Below, piece after piece: positions 1 through 11,352 of a DNA stretch of 64,000 bases (position 1 is the stretch's first letter; each line of letters begins with the position of its first letter). The stretch comes from Gammaproteobacteria bacterium (GTDB lineage: Bacteria > Pseudomonadota > Gammaproteobacteria > CAJXQU01). The position numbers were made by a program, and so were the translations under genes. Where the stretch lies: positions 288,001 to 352,000 of the forward strand of contig CBDEGZ010000003.1 in assembly GCA_965238175.1 (NCBI GenBank), in the 5' to 3' direction. The notes under the pieces were generated by a model, which was given only the letters and a program-made list of their open reading frames with translations, ran no database searches and was not told where the DNA came from.

Positions 1-206
1 TATCCATCAGTACCATTACCGATACGTGTTGACCAAAGTTTTTTAATATTAATAACTGCTTCTATTTCTGCTAAAGGATTAAGAGTTTTCTGATTATCTT
101 TGCCAGCCATATAGCTGGAGACTTTATCTTTAATTGAGCTACAACCACTCACAACTATAGCCAGTGAAACCGCTACAAAGATAATTTTTAATCTATTCGT
201 ATTCAT
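1..206 (-). CDS. bamB: Outer membrane assembly lipoprotein BamB, 5' part (runs off window)
   Basis: Manual translation from ATG at 206: MNTNRLKIIFVAVSLAIVVSGCSSIKDK...KKLWSTRIG. It has a lipobox VSGC and sits in the conserved position after yfgM. Confidence 0.8.
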   Translation of the reverse strand, partial: MNTNRLKIIFVAVSLAIVVSGCSSIKDKVSSYMAGKDNQKTLNPLAEIEAVINIKKLWSTRIGNGTDG

Positions 207-236
207 TTACTTAATCCACCCGGGTCTTCGATATAT

Positions 237-869
237 TTACCGACCTAAATCATCCATTTTCATTTCTAAAAACTTATTACTACCTGGACCTGATGGGCTT
301 AACGCAACGGCTTGTAAATAGGCGTTTTTTGCCTCTTCATGCTTACCTTGAGCCAGTAAAATATCACCTTTAAGTTCATGGTAAGAAGACAGTGTTGTCG
401 TTTCATCTATGGTAGAAATAAGCAACCAGGCAGAATCAGGATTATCAGCACTTAAACGCAATTTAGCTAAACGCATGATTGCAGTTTGCTTTATCTCCTC
501 AGGATTACCATTATCTATTATCCATTGTAAATGAGAAGCTGCCGTTTCTTGATCATCTGCTTCAACAGCGACTTTAGCTAACTTCAAAGCGGCAAAAGAG
601 GCGTAAGGTGTTGTTGCATATTCCTCCATTAGCATCTTTCCCGTAGCAACAGCATCTTCTGCCTTTTCATCTACTAGTTGACTCTCTAACTGTGAAAATG
701 TCATTGATGCATTTTCACCTTTTGCAGTCACTTGTCCTTGCCAAGCACGCCAACCAAAAAGTGCCGCACTACCAATAACAATTCCTAAAATGACGGAAGT
801 ACCGTTTTCTTTCCACCATTTTTTAATCGCGGCTACCTGTTCTTCTTCTGATGCGTAAATGTCTACCAT
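237..869 (-). CDS. yfgM: Ancillary SecYEG translocon subunit / TPR protein YfgM
   Basis: EEEQVAAIKKWWKENG motif, single TM helix, TPR-like C-terminus; lies between hisS and bamB. Confidence 0.9.
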   Translation of the reverse strand: MVDIYASEEEQVAAIKKWWKENGTSVILGIVIGSAALFGWRAWQGQVTAKGENASMTFSQLESQLVDEKAEDAVATGKMLMEEYATTPYASFAALKLAKVAVEADDQETAASHLQWIIDNGNPEEIKQTAIMRLAKLRLSADNPDSAWLLISTIDETTTLSSYHELKGDILLAQGKHEEAKNAYLQAVALSPSGPGSNKFLEMKMDDLGR

Positions 870-903
870 GTTTTTTTCCTAGTCGTCTCTTTGTGTTCTA
901 TAT

Positions 904-2160
904 TTATTCTGCTAAAAATTTTACTAGATCATTCTGATCTATCGTTTCTTGAAACCCTTCGTGAAGATTTTTTATGGATACTGTTTCATTTGCAATTTCA
1001 TCATCGCCTAGAATGATAGCGTATCTTGCACCCGATTTATCAGCACGTTTAAATTGTGCTTTATAGCCTCCACCACTACAATTAGATATTAACTTTAATG
1101 TTGGTATTTGATCACGCAATTTTTCTGCGAGTATTAACCCCTGCTGATTAGCCTGCTCACCAACGGTTATCAAATAAACATCGGATGACGATGTCACTTT
1201 ATGACCATTGTCTTTAAGTATTTCCACCAATCGATCCAACCCCATTGCAAAACCAATGGCAGGAGTTTCTTTGCCGCCAAAATGTTCGATCAATCCATCA
1301 AAACGACCGCCACCGCAAACTGTTCCCTGGGCACCAAGTTGATCCGTAATCCACTCAAAAACCGTTTTACTGTAATAATCAAGCCCTCTGACCAATCTCG
1401 AATTTACGTCGTATGCGACACCAGCTTGATTAAGAATCTCTCGCAGCCTTTGAAAGTGATCAGCAGATTCTCCATCCAAATATTGTTGGAAAGTTGGCGC
1501 CCCTTTGATCAATTCGGCCATCTTCGGATTTTTACTGTCTAAAATCCGTAATGGATTTTTATGTAAACGTCGTTGACTATCTGCATCAAGTTGATCTTCA
1601 CTCGCGCTAAAATAGCTGATTAGATCAGTTCGATAACGAGCACGTGTTTCAGCAGTACCGAGCGTATTTAGCTCTAACCTTAAGCCTTCGAGGCCTAGTG
1701 CCTTCCATAATCTTGCAGTCATTAAGATTAGTTCAGCATCAATATCTGGACCCGACATTCCAAATGTTTCAACACCAACCTGGAAAAACTGTCGATAACG
1801 ACCTTTTTGTGGTCGCTCGCGTCGAAACATAGGACCGATATACCAAAGTCGTTGGATCTGATTATGAAACAAACCATGTTGCATTCCTGCTCGCACAGTC
1901 CCTGCTGTCCCTTCAGGTCGAAGTGTCAGGCTATCTCTCCCCCGATCCTCAAAAGTGTACATTTCTTTTTCGACAATATCAGTTACTTCGCCGATAGAAC
2001 GCTTAAACAATGCCGTTTGTTCCAAAATAGGCATGCGGATTTGTTGGTAACCATAGCTTTCAAAAACATTGCGAACGGTATCTTCAAGATACAACCACAG
2101 CGCCGTCTCATCAGGGAGAATATCGTTCATTCCTTTTACGGATTGCAAGGTTTTAGACAT
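904..2160 (-). CDS. hisS: Histidine--tRNA ligase
   Basis: [43 protein letters not shown] motifs. Confidence 0.98.
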   Translation of the reverse strand: MSKTLQSVKGMNDILPDETALWLYLEDTVRNVFESYGYQQIRMPILEQTALFKRSIGEVTDIVEKEMYTFEDRGRDSLTLRPEGTAGTVRAGMQHGLFHNQIQRLWYIGPMFRRERPQKGRYRQFFQVGVETFGMSGPDIDAELILMTARLWKALGLEGLRLELNTLGTAETRARYRTDLISYFSASEDQLDADSQRRLHKNPLRILDSKNPKMAELIKGAPTFQQYLDGESADHFQRLREILNQAGVAYDVNSRLVRGLDYYSKTVFEWITDQLGAQGTVCGGGRFDGLIEHFGGKETPAIGFAMGLDRLVEILKDNGHKVTSSSDVYLITVGEQANQQGLILAEKLRDQIPTLKLISNCSGGGYKAQFKRADKSGARYAIILGDDEIANETVSIKNLHEGFQETIDQNDLVKFLAE

Positions 2161-2180
2161 CAGGATCTGTACCAGAAATT

Positions 2181-3224
2181 TTAGCGGTAAGCACCACTTT
2201 CATCAATAGTGAATCGAGCGACTTCGCCTCGTGCCAGAGAGTCAAGATCAATGATTTCCCCCTGATAATTCATAATGACAACCGATGCTTTACCAATAAC
2301 GACACTAAAAGGCGCGCCGCCTGTCAGACTCACAACTTCTCCCGGTGTTCCAATTCTTGAAAATCGTATCTTGTTCGAATTATCGGTTATCTCAACCCAG
2401 GACTCCTCGGTAAATTGTAATATTATTCTTTGGTCATCAAATTCACCCGTGTGTGCTTCTGTGACTTCAGTGGAAGCAACAGAAGGTTGCTGCTGTGCTT
2501 GTTGGGTAGTTTTTACTTCTTCTGATATGGACAATAGTTCATTCGATAATTCGCCATGAGGAGTTTGATCTGGAGCTGTTGGCAACTCAGAAAATTGCAC
2601 TATGGCAAAAACATGCTCCAATACTCTTGGTTCTTCCTGTCCTGCTTCTACGACATGTGTGTTCTCAGACTCAGTTGGCATTAGCAATTTCGTTCCGTTA
2701 TTTAATTCAACATCCGTTTGAATAATTTCTACAACGTTAGCTTCCAATGATGTGCCCACTTGTTCAGATTTCTCAATATCTTGATCGTCTAATACAACAG
2801 GAGATTTTTCTGAAGATATTGCGGGAACTGAGCGATTTGACTGCCACCATAGCCCAAGTAATAAGACCAACGTTGCGATTAATGAGTAGGTGACAGCCTT
2901 AATATGCTTATCACCGCTACCCGTTTGTTGTTCAGGTTGGCTAGCAAAAGGTTCTAAGACCGGTGCCGTTCTAACATTTTTATCAAGTTGTTCAACAAGC
3001 TGATCTGAGTTTAGTTCAACGATAGCGGCATAACTGCGGAGATATCCGCGTACATATGCAACTGCAGGAAACGGATCATAGTCATCGTTTTCAAGCGCTT
3101 GAACTTGATGTTCACTCAAACGCAAACGTTGAGCTATAACACCCAGGCTGAGATCCTTTAGCTCTCTGGCATCCTTGAGTCGTTGCCCCGGTGTTTTCAG
3201 ATTTTGATCAACACCCGTATTCAC
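2181..3224 (-). CDS. rodZ: Cytoskeleton protein RodZ
   Basis: N-terminal HTH ([10 protein letters not shown]...[10 protein letters not shown]), TM helix, C-terminal ESWVEITD domain. Confidence 0.9.
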   Translation of the reverse strand: MNTGVDQNLKTPGQRLKDARELKDLSLGVIAQRLRLSEHQVQALENDDYDPFPAVAYVRGYLRSYAAIVELNSDQLVEQLDKNVRTAPVLEPFASQPEQQTGSGDKHIKAVTYSLIATLVLLLGLWWQSNRSVPAISSEKSPVVLDDQDIEKSEQVGTSLEANVVEIIQTDVELNNGTKLLMPTESENTHVVEAGQEEPRVLEHVFAIVQFSELPTAPDQTPHGELSNELLSISEEVKTTQQAQQQPSVASTEVTEAHTGEFDDQRIILQFTEESWVEITDNSNKIRFSRIGTPGEVVSLTGGAPFSVVIGKASVVIMNYQGEIIDLDSLARGEVARFTIDESGAYR

Positions 3225-3994
3225 TACTTATTCTCCGATTTGAGCAACAATCTGGTTTCCTCAGAGTCAGGGAATTTATTTTTTAGCTGTAATGCATAAC
3301 TTGCAGCAGTATCCCGATCACCTAATGCTTTTTCTATTTTTATCGCAAGCCACAATGAGCGAGGATTATGCTTTGACGCAGAGCCATAACGCTCAATATA
3401 ACCTCGGGCGGGTAAATATCGTCCCAATTGATAACTCAACTCAGCCATTTGGAATAGCACGGGAGCCATATAAGGATTTGCCTTTAGTGCTGACCGAAAG
3501 TGAATTTCTGCTTGTTCAAAGGCTTGATTATTTTTGGCGCATAAACCCGCATTGAGATAGGCAAATTCAGGCGTTTGATAAAGAGGATTTGCTACCGCTC
3601 GTGTAAACATTTTGTCTGCTTTTTGACGTTGATTATGACGACACAAGTATTGTCCATAATTATTAAGTGCACGTGGATCTTGAGGTGCTAGATTTACTGC
3701 TCTTTTGAAATGGTCTCCAGCTTTACCATCTTCACCTAGACGTGAATAGAGAATACCCAGAGCATTGTGTGCCTCTGCAAATTGAGGATCAATTTTGATC
3801 GCCTTTAATAATTTGTTCAGCGCCCTTTTACTATCATTCCTTTTCATATACACCAGCGCAAGCTCAAGATTCAATTCAGCTGCTCGTTCAGGAACATCAG
3901 CAACGGTAGTTGGCGAACCACTAGTTTGATTTGTAATACATCCTCCAAGCAAAGTAGAGGTTATAAAAATGCAAATAAGAATAGGGTGCTTCAT
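3224..3994 (-). CDS. pilW: Type IV pilus biogenesis/stability lipoprotein PilW (PilF)
   Basis: Lipobox LGGC, TPR repeats ([14 protein letters not shown]); lies between rlmN and rodZ. Confidence 0.92.
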   Translation of the reverse strand: MKHPILICIFITSTLLGGCITNQTSGSPTTVADVPERAAELNLELALVYMKRNDSKRALNKLLKAIKIDPQFAEAHNALGILYSRLGEDGKAGDHFKRAVNLAPQDPRALNNYGQYLCRHNQRQKADKMFTRAVANPLYQTPEFAYLNAGLCAKNNQAFEQAEIHFRSALKANPYMAPVLFQMAELSYQLGRYLPARGYIERYGSASKHNPRSLWLAIKIEKALGDRDTAASYALQLKNKFPDSEETRLLLKSENK

Positions 3995-5097
3995 GCCGCT
4001 TCTCCTTGAGAATCTTTTGACGAATCGCGTCTAAAACGTTCTGCTTTTGCCGTGACCTGACCAGCTAACTGTCCACAAGCTGCATCGATATCATCTCCTC
4101 GCGTTTTTCGAGTTACCGTCACAAGGCCTGACTCGATCAAAATTGTTCTAAAACGATCAATTGTTTGTTTTGAAGAGCATTTATACACTGAACCTGGAAA
4201 CGGATTGAAAGGAATCAGATTGACCTTTGAGGGAATACCTTGAAGTCGTTTTACCAATTCACGAGCATTCGCAGCACTGTCATTAATACCATCCAACATA
4301 ACATATTCAAACGTAATATGATTATGAGATTCATCAACGTCGGTAAAACGATGGCAAGCGTCAAGCAATTTCTCTATTGGATAGGTCTTGTTGATCGGCA
4401 TAATTTTTTCACGAATTTCATTATTAGGTGCATGTAATGAAATGGCCAAACTGACAGGACTCACCAGTTTTAGTTGATCTATCGCAGGAACAATCCCCGA
4501 GGTACTAAGTGTTACACGGCGGCGGCTTAATCCATAGGCAAAGTCATCCATCATAAGATCCATTGCCGAAACGACATTATCAAAATTCATCATTGGCTCG
4601 CCCATACCCATCATGACAACGTTTGTGATCGGCTGTCGTCCCTCTGAATTCCAGCCAAGTTGTTTATTTGCTTGCCAAACCTGGCCAATAATTTCACCTA
4701 CTGTCAAATTTTTATTAAAACCCTGTTGGCCAGTAGAGCAAAATTTACAATCGAGAGGACAGCCCACTTGTGATGAAACACAGAGTGTCCCTCGGCTGTT
4801 TTCTGGAATAAAAACGGCTTCGACTGAATTGAAGCCGTCTATTTCAAGTAACCATTTTCGTGTGCCATCTTTCGAAATCTGTTCGTGTTTTATTTTAGGT
4901 GGTTCAATGCGAGCGATATCTTGGAGCTTTGCTCGGAGTGACTTACTCAAGTTGGTCATCTGATCAAGATCAGCAACACCCGCCTGATGAACCCACTTCA
5001 ACACTTGATTTGCACGAAACGGTTTTTCGCCCAAATCAGCAAAAAACCGGATCATCGCTTTGCGGTCTAGATCGAGTAGGTTTATTCGATCTTCCAT
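3991..5097 (-). CDS. rlmN: 23S rRNA/tRNA m2A methyltransferase RlmN
   Basis: Radical SAM motif [23 protein letters not shown]. Confidence 0.97.
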   Translation of the reverse strand: MEDRINLLDLDRKAMIRFFADLGEKPFRANQVLKWVHQAGVADLDQMTNLSKSLRAKLQDIARIEPPKIKHEQISKDGTRKWLLEIDGFNSVEAVFIPENSRGTLCVSSQVGCPLDCKFCSTGQQGFNKNLTVGEIIGQVWQANKQLGWNSEGRQPITNVVMMGMGEPMMNFDNVVSAMDLMMDDFAYGLSRRRVTLSTSGIVPAIDQLKLVSPVSLAISLHAPNNEIREKIMPINKTYPIEKLLDACHRFTDVDESHNHITFEYVMLDGINDSAANARELVKRLQGIPSKVNLIPFNPFPGSVYKCSSKQTIDRFRTILIESGLVTVTRKTRGDDIDAACGQLAGQVTAKAERFRRDSSKDSQGEAA

Positions 5098-5103
5098 CGA
5101 AAT

Positions 5104-5532
5104 TTAATATCGCTTCACGATTTCTTCTGGCTTAAAGAAGAAATTGATCTCCGCTTCGGCGGTTTCTGGTGCGTCAGATCCATGTACAGCATTGTGAGCT
5201 GCAGAACGTGCAAACTCGGCACGTATTGTTCCAGGGTCGGCTTGTTCAGGATCAGTCGCACCCATTATCTTTCGGTATCGTTTAATTGCAGACTCGCCTT
5301 CTAGTACTTGTATCATGACTGGATCAGAGATCATAAATTCGATTAAAGCATCATAAAACGACCGATCTTTATGTACCGCATAAAACTCACTTGCTTGCTC
5401 CTGGGTCAGGTGCATCATTTTCGCTGCTACTATGGTCAGCTTGTTTCTTTCAAATCGATGATAAATCTCACCAATATGTCTATCTTTTACGGCATTCGGT
5501 TTAATAATCGAAAGCGTGCGCTCAATGCTCAT
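5104..5532 (-). CDS. ndk: Nucleoside diphosphate kinase
   Basis: [22 protein letters not shown]. Confidence 0.97.
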   Translation of the reverse strand: MSIERTLSIIKPNAVKDRHIGEIYHRFERNKLTIVAAKMMHLTQEQASEFYAVHKDRSFYDALIEFMISDPVMIQVLEGESAIKRYRKIMGATDPEQADPGTIRAEFARSAAHNAVHGSDAPETAEAEINFFFKPEEIVKRY

Positions 5533-5756
5533 TTACTGTCTATCTCCAGGGTATTGCAGTCTATATATAGTGAAAAGGAAAACCGACCGCGATTATACGA
5601 GGGATTGGGTTGCTTTGGAACAACAAAAGCAGGATGATTTCGATCATTAAAATTCGTCAAATACACGTCTTTTTACAACTGATTCGTATAACGAAATACG
5701 ATAGCGCTAAAAAATGTTAACATCCTAACTATAAGGGCTAACAAAGGGAGTCAAAA

Positions 5757-7901
5757 ATGTCACAAAAAAAGTTGGTGTTCCAAGTTCACTTTAATAAAAA
5801 CATCTTCAATCTTTTTCCGCTTCTAACTTTTATTTTCACGGCTTATTTATTTACCGTAACCGCTGAAGCTTCGGTAGACTCAAAACCTGCCTGGATGCTA
5901 CTAGACAACAGTAACATCATGTATAGCCCATCTTTTCTGTTATCTAACAATTTTATCAACGAGGAACAGAATGATTTAAATGGTTTTACCCTGCAACTTA
6001 GAGATATTGGTCACGAAAACGGCATCATCTTTGAAGGAGCAGAGACTACCCATGAAATAAAACTGGATTTTCCACTCCCAAGTGACACTATCATGGAAGA
6101 CGCAAATATTCGTTTAAAATATAGGGTTTCCCCCCTGCTAAATGATTTAGCAAATTTACAGCTCTCAGTTGACAATTACCCTCTTGAACAAGTTCGTTTG
6201 GGTTCTAAAGGCGTGGATCAAATATTAATTGCCGATATTCCGAAACGTTTCTTGCGTAATGGCAGTATCAGACTCACTGTGCGTGCAGCATTACCGATCA
6301 CAGAAGATCGCTGTTTGGACTCACGGGTGAACGGCAGTAATTTACATATTGATTCTGAGTCAACCTTCACCATGCACTACTCAGGAAAAATAGGCTCTCT
6401 GCGTGATGCCTGGACACTCATGCCTCACAAGGTTTTGTTATCCATTCCTGATCGTGAATTTAATACTGCTGAGTTTAATGCCGCCTGGGAGTTATTAGAC
6501 AATCTCAAACGTCAAGGTAAAGATGTTGAAGTCGTAAAATTTCCTGAAATAGGTCATATCGTGGTGGCGAAACATGCTGAACTTGAACAATTACTACAAC
6601 AAGAACTCGTTAAGCTTGAACATAAAGAAAGCAATAGTTACTTCTTAAGTGAAGAGATAAAAACCTCAAACATGGCATTAGTTAACAGTCCGGTTCGTAG
6701 CCTGATCGCGATTCTTGATCCTCAACAAACGGGTGCTTTTCAACTGATGAATAACCCCTGGCGCAAGCTGGGGGTGAACGGGCAATACAGATCGTTTTCG
6801 GTGGATTATGCGGATAACCTCAGTGGTTTAGGTAGCATCCCCGCAGTTGAAAATGCACTTAAACTGAAATTATCTGATCTAGGCGCTGATACTTCCACGC
6901 GCTATGTACGATCTAACATTAAATGGAACCTGATATTGGACCCTTTCCGTATTCCAGCAGGTACAAGACCAAACCGCCTTTTCCTAAACATCATGGCTCC
7001 ACCGCCATCAGACAAACCACCTTTTGAATTATATGTATATCTTAACGATATTATGATCCATGCAACTCGTTTAGTTGACGGTCAAAACAGACAGGAAATT
7101 TCTATTCCTCTACCCGATAATTATCAGGAACCATACAATCGTATCCAGATCCAACTTCACAATATAGATCCACAAGGGGATTGCCGAGCAGATTTAGCCG
7201 CTTTTCCGGTACAGATTCTCCCGGACAGCTCATTAATAGTTGAACGTGATCAAAGTTTACCTAAATATTTTTCTGAATTACCAGTCTATTTTGCGAATAA
7301 TTTTGATATTTATTTACCAGCAGATTATTTAGAAGCACCACACAACGCTTTACCCTACGTCTCAGCTTTAACTTCTAGATTACCGGTTCCATTCAAAACA
7401 CGTATTGCAAAGTTTTCTGAAACTGGCGAGCTTATTTCACCTGAAAGACCTTTCATTGCAATAGGCGATCTTAAACTGGACAGCCTGGAAACCCCTGTTA
7501 GATTCGATCAAGGTGAAGTACAAATAGTTGATCGAAACAAAAACCCTCTGTTCAAGGTTGAGGAGCTACCTGATGTGACTATCGCACAGCTAGTGAGTAG
7601 CAAGCAGCAAAAAGGCCTGTGGTTACGCTCAACGAATAAAGAGGGCTTTCCTGATATTCAGAAGCTATTCCTGAATCATGATGACGTTGCCTTCGCCGAT
7701 CATTCAGGTTTACTCTTTACAATGAACAGCCAACAACCAACTTTGGCGACTACTTATTATCCTGAAGCAAGAGATTGGCTTGCATTACTGGGTAAATACC
7801 GGTTTTGGTTGTTTGTTATTGGCTGGTTGGCACTAACATTAATTGTCGTCTATTTGTTTAGACGTGCAAGGCAACATAGAGATCATTCGGGCCGAAGCTA
7901 A
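5757..7901 (+). CDS. BcsB-like periplasmic co-polymerase subunit
   Basis: N-terminal signal/anchor; two repeated jelly-roll-like units, each with a Cys (EDRC, QGDC); single C-terminal TM helix with basic tail; stop overlaps the GT2 start (TAATG). Confidence 0.6.
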   Translation: MSQKKLVFQVHFNKNIFNLFPLLTFIFTAYLFTVTAEASVDSKPAWMLLDNSNIMYSPSFLLSNNFINEEQNDLNGFTLQLRDIGHENGIIFEGAETTHEIKLDFPLPSDTIMEDANIRLKYRVSPLLNDLANLQLSVDNYPLEQVRLGSKGVDQILIADIPKRFLRNGSIRLTVRAALPITEDRCLDSRVNGSNLHIDSESTFTMHYSGKIGSLRDAWTLMPHKVLLSIPDREFNTAEFNAAWELLDNLKRQGKDVEVVKFPEIGHIVVAKHAELEQLLQQELVKLEHKESNSYFLSEEIKTSNMALVNSPVRSLIAILDPQQTGAFQLMNNPWRKLGVNGQYRSFSVDYADNLSGLGSIPAVENALKLKLSDLGADTSTRYVRSNIKWNLILDPFRIPAGTRPNRLFLNIMAPPPSDKPPFELYVYLNDIMIHATRLVDGQNRQEISIPLPDNYQEPYNRIQIQLHNIDPQGDCRADLAAFPVQILPDSSLIVERDQSLPKYFSELPVYFANNFDIYLPADYLEAPHNALPYVSALTSRLPVPFKTRIAKFSETGELISPERPFIAIGDLKLDSLETPVRFDQGEVQIVDRNKNPLFKVEELPDVTIAQLVSSKQQKGLWLRSTNKEGFPDIQKLFLNHDDVAFADHSGLLFTMNSQQPTLATTYYPEARDWLALLGKYRFWLFVIGWLALTLIVVYLFRRARQHRDHSGRS

Positions 7902-9844
7902 TGGTGGAAGACACCTCTGATAGAGGCGTTGGAGCAAACGTTCCACCAGAATCGCCCGACCGCAAGTCAACAAAATTCATCCCATTAGGTGAGTTATTGC
8001 TTGAACAGGGATTGATTACGGATGAACATCTCGAAAAAGCACTGGCATTACAGCAAAGATGGGGAACCCGCTTAGGAGATATTTTGATCTCTAAAGGCTG
8101 GGTTCAACCATTTGCGTTTTATCGTGTTCTTGCTGATCAATACAGCAAACCTTTTATTAATATGATGGAAGTGCCTCCAGAAAAATCCTTATGGCGCGAA
8201 TCAGAAATTGATCAATACACCGAACACCTGGTTCTCCCTTATAGACAGGAAAAAAATAAAACCATCTTTGTCTGTGCTGATCCTTCTCCGGAAGCAATTT
8301 ATTATATGCATGAACAAACTGATGGTGCTTACGATTTTGTCATCACCTCGAAATTTGACATTATCTGGATTGTCCAACGCGAAGCTAGAGACTTTTTAGT
8401 TGATAATGCTGTTAATGATCTAGCCAATAAACAACCCGTTAACTCTGCAAAACAGGTCTTCACTACAGCACAATTAATCTGGATTTATATTGTGCTCTTG
8501 CTAATATTACTTTGCGTTACGCTCTGGCCAATCAAAGCGTTAATCACCATAAATTTATTCATATGTGTGTTCTTGTTACTCAATTTTAGTTTGCGCATTT
8601 TATTTGCCTGGGTGGGGGGGGATACACAAATCGACGTCAAAGTTACCGACGAAGAAGTACTTGCACTAACCGATCAAGATCTGCCAACTTATACCGTACT
8701 GGTTCCTATGTATAAAGAACCTGAAGTCCTGCCAATTATCACCTCCGCGATCAGAAACCTTGATTACCCACTATCTAAACTGGATATCAAATTGATCCTG
8801 GAAGATGATGATGAAGAAACAGTACAGGCTGCGAAGGAGTTAGGGCTAGAAGGCATTTTTGAAATCATTCGTGTACCTGACTCACTGCCGAAAACAAAAC
8901 CCAAAGCCTGTAATTATGCACTGAGTTTTGCCCGTGGCGAATTAGTGACTATCTATGATGCTGAAGATCGTCCAGAACCTGATCAACTCAAAAAAGCCGT
9001 GATCGCATTTCGTAAAGCACCTGATAATACCGCCGTTATTCAAGCTCGACTAAATTATTTCAATGCCAACGAAAACTGGTTAACACGGATGTTTACGTTG
9101 GAATATTCCTTGTGGTTTGATTTTTATCTGCCAGCACTCGAAGCACTAAGAATTCCTATTCCTCTTGGCGGCACTTCAAACCATTTTAAAATGCACATCC
9201 TCAAAGAGGTAGATGCCTGGGATCCCTATAACGTCACAGAAGATGCCGATCTAGGTGTGCGCTATACACAATTGAATTACCGTGTAGGCATTGTTAATTC
9301 GACTACCTATGAAGAAGCAAATAGTCATATCGGTAATTGGATACGGCAACGTTCACGTTGGATCAAAGGATATATGCAAACCTATCTGGTTCATATGCGT
9401 CATCCCATTGATCTCTATCGCTCACTCGGCGGCGGTGCCTTTTGGGGATTCCAATTTTTCATTGGCGGCGCCGTTTTAAGTGCATTGATGGCGCCGTTTT
9501 TATATTTTATGTATTTCTTCTGGCTGTACACACAAACCCATGCGTTGGATTTATTATTCCCAAGTTTTATCCTTTACATAAGCTTATTTAATTTGCTTAT
9601 TGGAAATGGCTTGCTGATTTATCTTTCAACCTTAAGTGTTTTCAAACGGCGATTCTATAGTTTGATCCCATGGGCGTTAACCATCCCCTTCTATTGGATT
9701 TTGATGTCCATTGCATCCTACCGAGCATTATGGCAATTGATCCATGATCCTTTTTATTGGGAAAAGACCGTTCACGGATTAACCTCACATAAACATGATA
9801 GCGATGTGATTCCGCCACCGATTACCAAGCCAGGCTCAACGTAA
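7901..9844 (+). CDS. Processive family-2 glycosyltransferase with N-terminal MshEN-like domain (XagB/NfrB-like architecture)
   Basis: LGELLLEQGLITDEHLEKALALQQRWGTRLGDIL tandem motif; GT2 motifs VPMYKE, KPKACN, YDAED, TEDADLG, QRSRW; several TM helices. Confidence 0.85.
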   Translation: MVEDTSDRGVGANVPPESPDRKSTKFIPLGELLLEQGLITDEHLEKALALQQRWGTRLGDILISKGWVQPFAFYRVLADQYSKPFINMMEVPPEKSLWRESEIDQYTEHLVLPYRQEKNKTIFVCADPSPEAIYYMHEQTDGAYDFVITSKFDIIWIVQREARDFLVDNAVNDLANKQPVNSAKQVFTTAQLIWIYIVLLLILLCVTLWPIKALITINLFICVFLLLNFSLRILFAWVGGDTQIDVKVTDEEVLALTDQDLPTYTVLVPMYKEPEVLPIITSAIRNLDYPLSKLDIKLILEDDDEETVQAAKELGLEGIFEIIRVPDSLPKTKPKACNYALSFARGELVTIYDAEDRPEPDQLKKAVIAFRKAPDNTAVIQARLNYFNANENWLTRMFTLEYSLWFDFYLPALEALRIPIPLGGTSNHFKMHILKEVDAWDPYNVTEDADLGVRYTQLNYRVGIVNSTTYEEANSHIGNWIRQRSRWIKGYMQTYLVHMRHPIDLYRSLGGGAFWGFQFFIGGAVLSALMAPFLYFMYFFWLYTQTHALDLLFPSFILYISLFNLLIGNGLLIYLSTLSVFKRRFYSLIPWALTIPFYWILMSIASYRALWQLIHDPFYWEKTVHGLTSHKHDSDVIPPPITKPGST

Positions 9845-11352
9845 TGGCAGAAATAATTACTGAAGCCAAACCCCGGCCAACTCATAATCTTTTAGCATTG
9901 ATGCTGATCACATTGGTCTTCGCAATGTTTAGCTTCTGGTTACTTAGTAATCACTATGTCAGTGATATTGCTATGTTCCGGTGGGCAAAAGTGCTCGGTG
10001 TTATGGATGCAGAAACGATTCGGATGGAACACTTTCGTTTTATTTACCCGCATGCGCCTTTTTACATGCTGATACCTTTTACGCTGTTACCTGATGATGC
10101 ACAGGCCGCTGCACCCTATTTTATTTCAGGTCTGACCGTTGCCATATTATTGGCTTTGTGGAATCACCACCTGCGTAGAAATATTCGCCCAATTTGGCAG
10201 CGAGCACTACTTATATTATTGATCATTAGTCAACCGACTGTCCTTTGGGCAGCAACCAGCGGTGGTTATACGGCTATTAGTTTGTTGATGTTTTATCTGT
10301 TGTATCGAGCCTGTCTACGGATGATTTATCAAGAAGATGTTCGTTCGTTCATCATGCTCGGCATGATTCTCGCGTTGTACTTTTTTGCAGATCCCATTGC
10401 GCTGTTTCTATTCGTCGCGCTGGTTCCTTTCCTTTCGATTATCGCGCCACGTAAAATGTTACTTGGCTCACCGATAAGTGTATATTTGATGATAGCCATG
10501 CCGTTACTAATTGCGGTTTTATCCTGGGCTTATCTCAATTGGATCTTCGAAGGAAACGCACTCATTTTCGCACGCGAGCCTGATTCATCTTTTCTAGGCG
10601 GTTGGCAAGACACCCCAACATCAGAATGGCTAAGACTTTACGGTGGACTTTGGCTCGCACCCCTTGTCGCTGCTTTCTTACAATTGGGTCTGCTTTTCCC
10701 AGTTGTCTTTTTGCTGGTGCCCCTTACCGCACGCTTTGGTAACCATCTTAAAGCAAGCATCATTTTATTATTTCACCCAGTGATTGCTATTGCATTTGCC
10801 AGCAGCAAATACTTCTTATTTCATCCGCTGGAAATTCTGACTCTGATCAGTGCAGGTGTCATGGCCGAGCTGACAATGATCTCCTTCGCACACCGTTGGA
10901 AACTCCCAGCTTTGATCATATTACTCCTTATCGGTTCGCTCTCTGGTTGGCACCGTTTTGCACAATACACAGAACCAGAAATGCGTCACTGGTACCTGGC
11001 CTTCACCAATAGCCTTTCTGGAGAGCTATATCATGCAGATGCTGTGCTTGGTGAATGGTTGGCCAAACAAAAAGATAAAGATGTTCTGATTGACGAGAGG
11101 AGTGCATATCGTGTGATAGTTGCGAAAGGAAATGCACATCAACTCCACTTGCCGATTTCTGATCGATTTAAAATACAAACACGTTTTCAACGACCAGATA
11201 CTGATCTTATTGTTGTACCTGATCCTTCAACCAAGAAAGGTGGAAGAGACCGGATCAATCTTCTCTACCCTGAACTTTATAAAGAGGGTCTAGCAGGTTT
11301 CAAACGTGTTTATGATTATGCAGGTTGGCGGGTCTATCAAAATGAATCTTGA
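9844..11352 (+). CDS. Polytopic inner-membrane protein, possible GT-C-fold transferase
   Basis: Many hydrophobic helices, IYPHAP loop, soluble C-terminal domain; translationally coupled to its neighbours. Confidence 0.5.
   Translation: MAEIITEAKPRPTHNLLALMLITLVFAMFSFWLLSNHYVSDIAMFRWAKVLGVMDAETIRMEHFRFIYPHAPFYMLIPFTLLPDDAQAAAPYFISGLTVAILLALWNHHLRRNIRPIWQRALLILLIISQPTVLWAATSGGYTAISLLMFYLLYRACLRMIYQEDVRSFIMLGMILALYFFADPIALFLFVALVPFLSIIAPRKMLLGSPISVYLMIAMPLLIAVLSWAYLNWIFEGNALIFAREPDSSFLGGWQDTPTSEWLRLYGGLWLAPLVAAFLQLGLLFPVVFLLVPLTARFGNHLKASIILLFHPVIAIAFASSKYFLFHPLEILTLISAGVMAELTMISFAHRWKLPALIILLLIGSLSGWHRFAQYTEPEMRHWYLAFTNSLSGELYHADAVLGEWLAKQKDKDVLIDERSAYRVIVAKGNAHQLHLPISDRFKIQTRFQRPDTDLIVVPDPSTKKGGRDRINLLYPELYKEGLAGFKRVYDYAGWRVYQNES

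Noticed and set aside
5757-9844. Canonical cellulose synthase bcsAB
   Set aside because: The GT2 lacks PilZ and BcsA-specific motifs (HAKAGN, QTPH, FFCGS), and there is no bcsZ (GH8) or bcsC.
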